From Armatimonadota bacterium (GTDB lineage: Bacteria > Sysuimicrobiota > Sysuimicrobiia > Sysuimicrobiales > Kaftiobacteriaceae), in the NCBI GenBank assembly GCA_037440005.1, contig JBBIUY010000009.1:9200-73199 (forward strand): a stretch of DNA of 64,000 nt, written 5' to 3'. Shown here piece after piece: positions 58,204 through 64,000 of this stretch (position 1 is its first letter; each line of letters opens with the position of its first letter). The position numbers and the translations under genes are program-made. The notes under the pieces are model-generated. The model saw only the letters and a list, made by a program, of their open reading frames with translations, searched no databases and had not been told where the DNA came from.

Positions 58204-59988
58204 CTACCACTCCCAGGACGTCGTCACGAACACTGTGCGGCCCGGGGCGGGATAGCCCGCCACCGGCTCGTACGCGTAGTCCAGGGCGTTGTCCACGCCC
58301 ACCGTCACCACCGCGCCGCCGGACAGGGCCGTCCGGTAGCGGACCCGGACATCCACGTAGCCGGACATCTGGACCGTGGTGAACGTGGCCGGGTCCAGGT
58401 CGGGACGGGGGCCGACGTAGAAGGCCGCCACCGTCAGCGTCCCGGCCGCCAGGGGGCGGTGGAGATTCAGTTGCGCGGTGACCCCCGGCACCCGCAGCAG
58501 GGGGGTGCCGGAGGCGTCCGTGGCCTGCAGGGCGGTGAGGGTCGCAGAGAACGTCGTCCCCCCGGACAGCAGCCGGCGCGCTTCCACCGACAGCCCGCGC
58601 ACCGTCGCCTGGCCGACGTTGGACGGCGGGCAGCCCCCCGCGATCAGGTTGGTGGCCCACGCCCCAAACGCCGTGGCCGCCAGCACCAGACCGCGGTCCT
58701 GCCGCTCCACCCCCATCTCGGCCGCCCACGCCGTCTCCGGCAGCAGCGCCGGGTTGCTGCAGCCGGGGAAGTACAGCTCCAGGAACGTCGGGCCCCGGAA
58801 CGTGCGTCCGGCGGCCGCCCGCAGCCGCGTCGTCTCGTCCAGGCGGTACACCACCCCCGCCCGGGGGTTGACGGTGGCGCCGTAGGTGGAGTGGCTGTCC
58901 ACCCGCAGCCCCACCGACGCCAGGGCGCGATCTGTGAGGGCGGCGTCGTACTGGACGTACCCTGCCGCCACGGTCGCATCGGCGACGATGGGAGAGCCGA
59001 AGACCAGGGCGTCCAGGGACGGGCGCTGGGCCTCCAGCCCGGCGGTGAGCAGGCCCGCGGCCGTCTGCCAGCGCCGCTGCGCCTCTCCTCCCAGCAGGCG
59101 CGACGCATACGTGCTGGCTCCGAACGCCGAGGTAAACGTGAAGTCGTCGCTGACGTAGTACAGGCGGGCGGACGCGGCGTCCTGCGGACTGCCACGGGTC
59201 AGCTGCAGGATGGTTCTCCGTTCGCTCTGGCGGTCGGTGGGGGTGGGAAAGGCGGTGTCCCCCGGCACGCCCAGGTCGGCGGCGTAGGAGTGCACCAGCA
59301 GCCCCGCCGACGGCGACAGCGTCAGGCGGGCCGCGACGGTGGTCCCCTGGTAGTCGCTGTTGGGCCGGTGGCCGTCCGTGCCGTCGGCTGTGACGGTCAG
59401 CTGCCAGGCAGACGCGGGCGGGCCGGGCAGGCTCAGGATCACGGAGCGGCCCCCGTAGCCGCCCGTGCGCACCACCGCCCGGCGGCGGTCCGCGGCCTTC
59501 GTCACGATGTTGACCACGCCGCCCAGCGCCCCGCTGCCGTACAGGGCGGCGAACGGTCCCCGCAGGACCTCGATGCGCTCGACGGCGTCCACCGAGACGG
59601 TGCTGAGGTCGGCCTGGCCCAGGGCCACGCTGTTGAGGGGGACGCCGTCCAGCAGGACCAGGACCTGGGAGGGGGTGGAGCCGCGGACGCTCACCTGGGC
59701 GAGGCCGCCCAGGCCGCCGTAGGACCGGACGACCACCTCGGGGACCAGGGCCAGGACGTCGGCGACGGTGCGGGCGCCGAGGCGCTCGATGTCCTCGCGG
59801 GTGATCACGCTGACCGACGCCGGGGTGGACGCCACCGGCTGGGGCCGCCGGCCGGGGACGACGACTTCGGGCAGCTCGAACGTGGGAGGCTGCTCCTGCT
59901 GGCCGGCCGCCGGGGAGACGGCCACAGCCAGGACCAGAGACGACAACGCCCAAAGGCGCCGGACGCCTTTGGGCCGCACGCATACCAT
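58204..59988 (-). CDS. btuB: TonB-dependent receptor, BtuB-like
   Basis: Plug motifs (VLVLLDGVPL, IEVLRGP.AALYGSGALGGVVNI), C-terminal GYPAPGR...W; downstream of the cobalamin riboswitch. Confidence 0.85.
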   Translation of the reverse strand: MVCVRPKGVRRLWALSSLVLAVAVSPAAGQQEQPPTFELPEVVVPGRRPQPVASTPASVSVITREDIERLGARTVADVLALVPEVVVRSYGGLGGLAQVSVRGSTPSQVLVLLDGVPLNSVALGQADLSTVSVDAVERIEVLRGPFAALYGSGALGGVVNIVTKAADRRRAVVRTGGYGGRSVILSLPGPPASAWQLTVTADGTDGHRPNSDYQGTTVAARLTLSPSAGLLVHSYAADLGVPGDTAFPTPTDRQSERRTILQLTRGSPQDAASARLYYVSDDFTFTSAFGASTYASRLLGGEAQRRWQTAAGLLTAGLEAQRPSLDALVFGSPIVADATVAAGYVQYDAALTDRALASVGLRVDSHSTYGATVNPRAGVVYRLDETTRLRAAAGRTFRGPTFLELYFPGCSNPALLPETAWAAEMGVERQDRGLVLAATAFGAWATNLIAGGCPPSNVGQATVRGLSVEARRLLSGGTTFSATLTALQATDASGTPLLRVPGVTAQLNLHRPLAAGTLTVAAFYVGPRPDLDPATFTTVQMSGYVDVRVRYRTALSGGAVVTVGVDNALDYAYEPVAGYPAPGRTVFVTTSWEW

Positions 59989-60025
59989 ACCGCCCACCTC
60001 CCTTGCGCGAAGGCGTGTGGCGTGC

Positions 60026-60192
60026 GGTGCGGGCAGGTCTTCTGGCTTCCGGGTCATCGCCCCGCCCCCGCCTTCCCAGGCGGGCCCCGCTGTCAGGGTC
60101 ACCGCCCAGTGGCGTGCGTGGGAGCGGGCATCGCCGGTTACAGCGGCGCGACCGCGCCGGAGTTGCACCGGACTTCCCTTAGACCCGCACCT
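60026..60192 (-). ncRNA. Cobalamin riboswitch
   Basis: Minus strand AGGGAAGTCCGGTGCAACTCCGGCGCGGTCGCGCCGCTGTAA...GCCACTG...GGGAAGGC...AAGCCAGAAGACCTGCC (B12 box). Confidence 0.93.
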
Positions 60193-60232
60193 CCGGAGGG
60201 GAGATTATCCGCCGGACGGGGAGATTCCTGCG

Positions 60233-60501
60233 ACGTTGAAACGTTGGAACGTTGGAGCGTTGGACAGCGACGGGGGATCCTTTTTCAACGTTCCAACGGT
60301 CCAACGGACCTTATCTGCGTTGGAACGTTGGAGCGTTGGAACGTTGGACCACGACGGGAGATTCTTTTTCAACGGTCCAACGTTTCAACGCTCTAACGGA
60401 GTCTTCTCTGGCGTTGGAGCGTTGGACCGTTGGAGCGTTGGAACACTACGGAAGATCCGTTTTTTAACGTTCCAACGTTTCAACGTTCCAACGTTCCAAC
60501 G
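60233..60501. repeat. Three tandem inverted octamer-repeat hairpins (ACGTTGGA)n-loop-(TCCAACGT)n
   Basis: About 90 bp period; loops share an ACGG(G/A)(G/A)GAT(C/T)C..TTTTT pattern. Confidence 0.9.
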
Positions 60502-60503
60502 CC

Positions 60504-61442
60504 CTACCGTTCCCCCACCCGTCCCAGTCGGTAGGTCACCAGCAGGGGGCCGACGGTGTAGACGTCCCGCTGGGCCACCACCTGCACCGTTACGGGGCCG
60601 CCGGCCGCCCGGACCTGCGCCACCGCCGCCCGGTGGTCGTCGATGTCGATCTGCGCCGCCGGGGGGGCGCCCACGAGGGTGAACGGCGGGGGCAGGACTT
60701 TGCCCCGGGCCACCCGCGCCGCCTGGTCGGCCAGCCGCAGCAGTTCCCGGCCGACGAGGTCTCGGGGCTGCCGGCCGTCCACGACTCCCCGGGCCAGGAC
60801 CGTGCCGGCGGGGTACACCAGGCGGTTGTCGAACAGCTGCACGTACACCACCAGGGGTTCGCCCTTCAGCGTGTTCTGGGCGGCCACCAGCCGCAGGACG
60901 GTGTCCGCGTTGCGGTGGGCGATCAGCGCGGCGATGGCGTCCCAGGTGGCGCGGGGCGGCGAGAGCACGATCTCCTGCCCGCGGCTGTCCACGCCGATGC
61001 CGTTCTCCCGGGCCAGCTCGCTGGCCCGGTCCACCACCGCCTGCACCCGCTGGCGGATCATGGCCGGGGCCTGGCGGCCGTCGATGACGTCCCGCAGGAC
61101 TTCCTGGTTGTTGAGGTAGGCGATGTCGCCCAGGGCCAGCTGCTTGAGGCGGTCCTCCTGGCGGCGGATCTCCTCCTCCAGGCGGCGGGTCTGCTGGAGG
61201 ACCTCGTTGAGGCGGAACAGGGCCACCCGGGCCTCGGCCGACAGCAGCAGGACCGCCGCCAGGGTCAGCAGGGCGATGAGGACGCCGGTGAGGACGGTGA
61301 TCACCTGGGCGGTGTAGCGGGGCCGCAGCCCGAACAGGGTCAGCCGCCGGCGGCCGATGGACCGCCCCACGGCGTTGCCCACCAGGGCGATGACGCCGCT
61401 GAGGACGACCAGGAGGGGGATGAGGACGAGGCCCGGTTCCAT
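60504..61442 (-). CDS. DUF3084 family membrane/coiled-coil protein
   Basis: SGVIALVGNAVGRSIGRRRLTLFGLRPRYTA motif; ATG 61442. Confidence 0.82.
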   Translation of the reverse strand: MEPGLVLIPLLVVLSGVIALVGNAVGRSIGRRRLTLFGLRPRYTAQVITVLTGVLIALLTLAAVLLLSAEARVALFRLNEVLQQTRRLEEEIRRQEDRLKQLALGDIAYLNNQEVLRDVIDGRQAPAMIRQRVQAVVDRASELARENGIGVDSRGQEIVLSPPRATWDAIAALIAHRNADTVLRLVAAQNTLKGEPLVVYVQLFDNRLVYPAGTVLARGVVDGRQPRDLVGRELLRLADQAARVARGKVLPPPFTLVGAPPAAQIDIDDHRAAVAQVRAAGGPVTVQVVAQRDVYTVGPLLVTYRLGRVGER

Positions 61443-61444
61443 GA

Positions 61445-61846
61445 CTACGTTGAAGGTTGAAGGTTGAAGGTTGAAGGAGGGTGGGGGCGCGAGCGCAGAC
61501 TTCGGATCAGGCCGCTGAGCGATGAGAGAACTTTCTCGCACCGATCTCTCATGGCTGAGTGCATGCTATCAGAAACGTACCCGCGCCGCAGGGCCAGTTC
61601 CAGAAGAGTCATGAGCTCGAACAGCGACCCTCGGGCCACGTACAGGAACTGGACGAAATCGCGAGTGTGGTAGCGTCCGCACCCTTCGGCGATGTTGGCT
61701 GGAACAAAGACCGCCGCCGCCCGCAGCTGGCCGGCGAGCCCGAACTGCTCCCGGGGCGGGAACGTCTCCGCGGCGTCGTAGACATCGGAGGCCAGCTCCA
61801 TGGCGAACGTCCACACCCGCAGATTCTGATACTTGACCCGCATCAC
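61445..61846 (-). CDS. Four helix bundle protein (23S rRNA IVP/bAvd-like family)
   Basis: YQNLRVW..AM...FPPREQFGLAGQLRAAAVFVPANIAEGCGR...FLYVARGSLFE; GGAGGA RBS. Confidence 0.92.
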   Translation of the reverse strand: MMRVKYQNLRVWTFAMELASDVYDAAETFPPREQFGLAGQLRAAAVFVPANIAEGCGRYHTRDFVQFLYVARGSLFELMTLLELALRRGYVSDSMHSAMRDRCEKVLSSLSGLIRSLRSRPHPPSTFNLQPST

Positions 61847-61946
61847 GATCCTCCGGCCTGACCTACCCTCCTCGGGGGCCCGGCCAAGACCCGCCGCCCT
61901 TACCACCAACCTTCAACCTCCAACCTTCAACCTTCAACCTTCAACG
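61448..61946. mobile_element. Cassette: (GTTGAAG)n arm - four-helix-bundle gene - (CTTCAAC)n arm
   Basis: Arms 61448-61478 and 61906-61946; mobility is inferred. Confidence 0.7.
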
Positions 61947-62684
61947 CACTTTCAATCGCACCAGCAGCCGCACGAACGCCCACAGTTCGGCGGGGGTCAG
62001 CTTGCTGCGGCCGGTCCGGCGGTCGGTGAAGACATAGGGCACCTCCACCACCGCGGCCTGGGGGTGGGCGGCCAGGACCTCGAGCAGCAGCTTGAAGCCG
62101 GATCCCCGGTAGGTCCGCCCGGCCAGCACCTCCCGCCGAGCCACAAAATAGCCCGACAGGGGGTCCTGCACGCGCAGCCCCAGCAGGGCGCGGGCCAGCC
62201 GGGTGGCCGTCCGGCTGATGATCCGGCGCACCAGCGGCCAGCGGTGCACGCCGCCGCCCGGGACGTACCGGGAGGCGACGGCCAGATCTGCGCCGTCTCG
62301 CAGCGCGCCGGTCAGGCGCGGCAGCAGCTCCGGCGGGTGGGACAGGTCGGCGTCCATCACCGCCACCAGCGGCGCCCGGGCCACCCTGGCCCCGGCCAGG
62401 ACCGCCGAGGCCAGACCGGCCTTGGCCGGCCGGTGGACGACCGTGATGCGGACCGGGGACGTGCGGGCCAGCTGCTCGGCCAGCGCGCCTGTCCCGTCGG
62501 GGGAGCCGTCGTCCACGACCACGACTTCCAGGGAAAGCCGCCGGCCCACCTCCGCCAGCCGGTCCACCAGGGCGGGCAGGGACTCCCTCTCGTTGTAGGT
62601 GGGGACCACGACCGTGAGTTCGGGGCCGGCACCGCCGGCCGTCCGCTTTACTGGGTCCGCAGACACCCGGTCGGGGCTGTTCAC
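61941..62684 (-). CDS. GT2 polyprenol monophosphomannose synthase-like glycosyltransferase
   Basis: VVPTYNERE, VDDGSPDGT, MDADLSHPP, ASRYVPGG, DPLSGYF. Confidence 0.88.
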   Translation of the reverse strand: MNSPDRVSADPVKRTAGGAGPELTVVVPTYNERESLPALVDRLAEVGRRLSLEVVVVDDGSPDGTGALAEQLARTSPVRITVVHRPAKAGLASAVLAGARVARAPLVAVMDADLSHPPELLPRLTGALRDGADLAVASRYVPGGGVHRWPLVRRIISRTATRLARALLGLRVQDPLSGYFVARREVLAGRTYRGSGFKLLLEVLAAHPQAAVVEVPYVFTDRRTGRSKLTPAELWAFVRLLVRLKVR

Positions 62685-62712
62685 CCTCCCACCTCCGGCC
62701 CGCCGGCGCCCG

Positions 62713-63792
62713 TCACCTGTCCGCCCGCCACAGCAGCACCACGCCCGAGGCGCCCAGGACCACGTTGGGAGCCCACGCCGCCGGCAGAGGCGGCAGCCGG
62801 CCGTTTTCGCCCAGGGTCAGGGTGATGGAGCTGACGATGTAGTAGCCGATCAGGACCAGGATGGTCAGACCCAGGCCGATGGACGTGCCCGACCGGTGCG
62901 GCCGCAGCCCCAGGGGGACCGCCAGCAGGGCGAACAGGGCCGCCGAGAACGGGACCGCCGTCTTGAAGTGAGCCTGGACCACGTAGCGGGTGGGGTCGCC
63001 CCCGCCCCGGCGGATCACATCGGCGTACCGGCGCAGTTCGCGGATGCTCATCTCCGAGGGGTCCACCGCAGGCACCGCAATCTCCCGCGGGGTCCGGCGC
63101 AGGCCCACCCGCAGGCGCTGGAAGCGGGTGACCACCGTGCCCTCGCCGGTCAGCACGTACATGGCCCCGTCCCGGAACTCCCACCCGTCGCCGACGTAGC
63201 GGGCCTCGGGCGCCTCGATCACCCGCCGCAGGGTCCCGCGCTCCAGCTGGTTGACCACCACGCCCTCCATCTTCTGCTCGTCCCGCAGGAACCGGCGGAC
63301 GAAGTACACCGACTCGACGCCCTCCTGCACGTCCCGGAACAGCACGTCCCGCTGGGCCGCCGGGGCGGGGCGGCGCAGGGCAACGGCCAGAGCCTGCCGG
63401 TAGCGATCCTCGGCGGAGGGGACCAGCAGTTCGTTGAGGGCCAGGTTGGCCACGCTGACCACCACGCCGGCGGCCACCACCGAGGCCGCGATCCGGGACA
63501 GGCTGATGCCGCTGGTGCGCATGGCGGTGATCTCCTGCCCGTCGGACAGGCGGCCGGTGGTGAGCAGGGCGGCCAGCAGCATCCCCATGGGCAGGCTGAA
63601 GCCCACAAAGTAGGGAAGCCGGAACACCACCAGCTGGACCGCCACCGACAGGGGCGCCTCCTGCTGCAGCACCAGGCGGCCGACGAAGAACAGGTGGTTG
63701 ATGAGCAGCAGCGTGGTGAAGATGGCCACCCCGAAGGCGAGGACGTCCCGGAGCTGGCGCCACAGGTAGCGGTCGAGCAGGCGGGGGGTCAT
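62713..63792 (-). CDS. LptF/LptG family permease
   Basis: LDRYL, LSDGQEITAMRTSGISL, LAVPLG, AAWAPNVV. Confidence 0.88.
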   Translation of the reverse strand: MTPRLLDRYLWRQLRDVLAFGVAIFTTLLLINHLFFVGRLVLQQEAPLSVAVQLVVFRLPYFVGFSLPMGMLLAALLTTGRLSDGQEITAMRTSGISLSRIAASVVAAGVVVSVANLALNELLVPSAEDRYRQALAVALRRPAPAAQRDVLFRDVQEGVESVYFVRRFLRDEQKMEGVVVNQLERGTLRRVIEAPEARYVGDGWEFRDGAMYVLTGEGTVVTRFQRLRVGLRRTPREIAVPAVDPSEMSIRELRRYADVIRRGGGDPTRYVVQAHFKTAVPFSAALFALLAVPLGLRPHRSGTSIGLGLTILVLIGYYIVSSITLTLGENGRLPPLPAAWAPNVVLGASGVVLLWRADR

Positions 63793-63793
63793 C

Positions 63794-64000
63794 CCCTCAC
63801 CCCCGCCCTCTCCCCAGCGGGGAGAGGGATATCGAGGATGGCCCCATCGGGGAGAGGGGTGGCGGGGAGCGCGGTCGCGCGGTCGGGCGGTCGGGTGGCG
63901 GCGCCCCTCACCCCCACCCTCTCCCCACAGGGGAGAGGGATGGTGGCGGTCGCGCGGTCGGGCGGTCGGGTGGCGGCGCCCCTCACCCCCACCCTCTCCC
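63794..64000. repeat. Array of REP-like hairpins CCCCTCACCCC..CCCTCTCCCC..GGGGAGAGGG (runs off window)
   Basis: At least 4 copies with a repeated linker GCGGTCGCGCGGTCGGGCGGTCGGGTGGCGGCG. Confidence 0.85.

Noticed and set aside
60233..60501. Possible CRISPR array
   Set aside because: Units are built from internal octamer repeats, the loops are related to each other rather than unique spacers, and no cas genes are present.
56346..61846. Diversity-generating retroelement suggested by Avd-like genes
   Set aside because: No reverse transcriptase and no TR/VR pair visible in the window.

Overview
Very GC-rich bacterial chromosomal window with most genes on the minus strand. LptF/G, TonB/BtuB and an SLH-anchored porin point to a diderm, and a TtuA tRNA thiolase suggests a thermophile; an Armatimonadota-like lineage is my inference from gene content. 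Housekeeping genes: uvrA (partial), uvrB, coaE, polA, tRNA-Leu(CAA), dnaE, gabT, gatCAB, pcrA, guaA/guaB-like/hpt and pyrDFE. There is also a ~21 kb cluster of peptide/nickel-type ABC transporters and a cobalamin-riboswitch-controlled uptake locus. The most striking unexplained signal is a family of inverted short-tandem-repeat elements (7-mer and 8-mer units) sitting at gene junctions. Two enclose lower-GC four-helix-bundle (23S IVP/bAvd-like) genes. The others are empty, tandemly triplicated or single-armed. In every case one arm starts at or within a few bases of the upstream stop codon. Other findings: a TtuB-TtuA fusion with an internal Gly-Gly, an RlmD paralogue lacking catalytic motifs, a RAYT-like transposase with REP-like palindromes (one pair inserted in frame in pyrF), probable CTG starts for gatA and hpt, and arrays of CCCTCACCC/CCCTCTCCC hairpins. 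All calls come from reading the sequence; no database searches were run.
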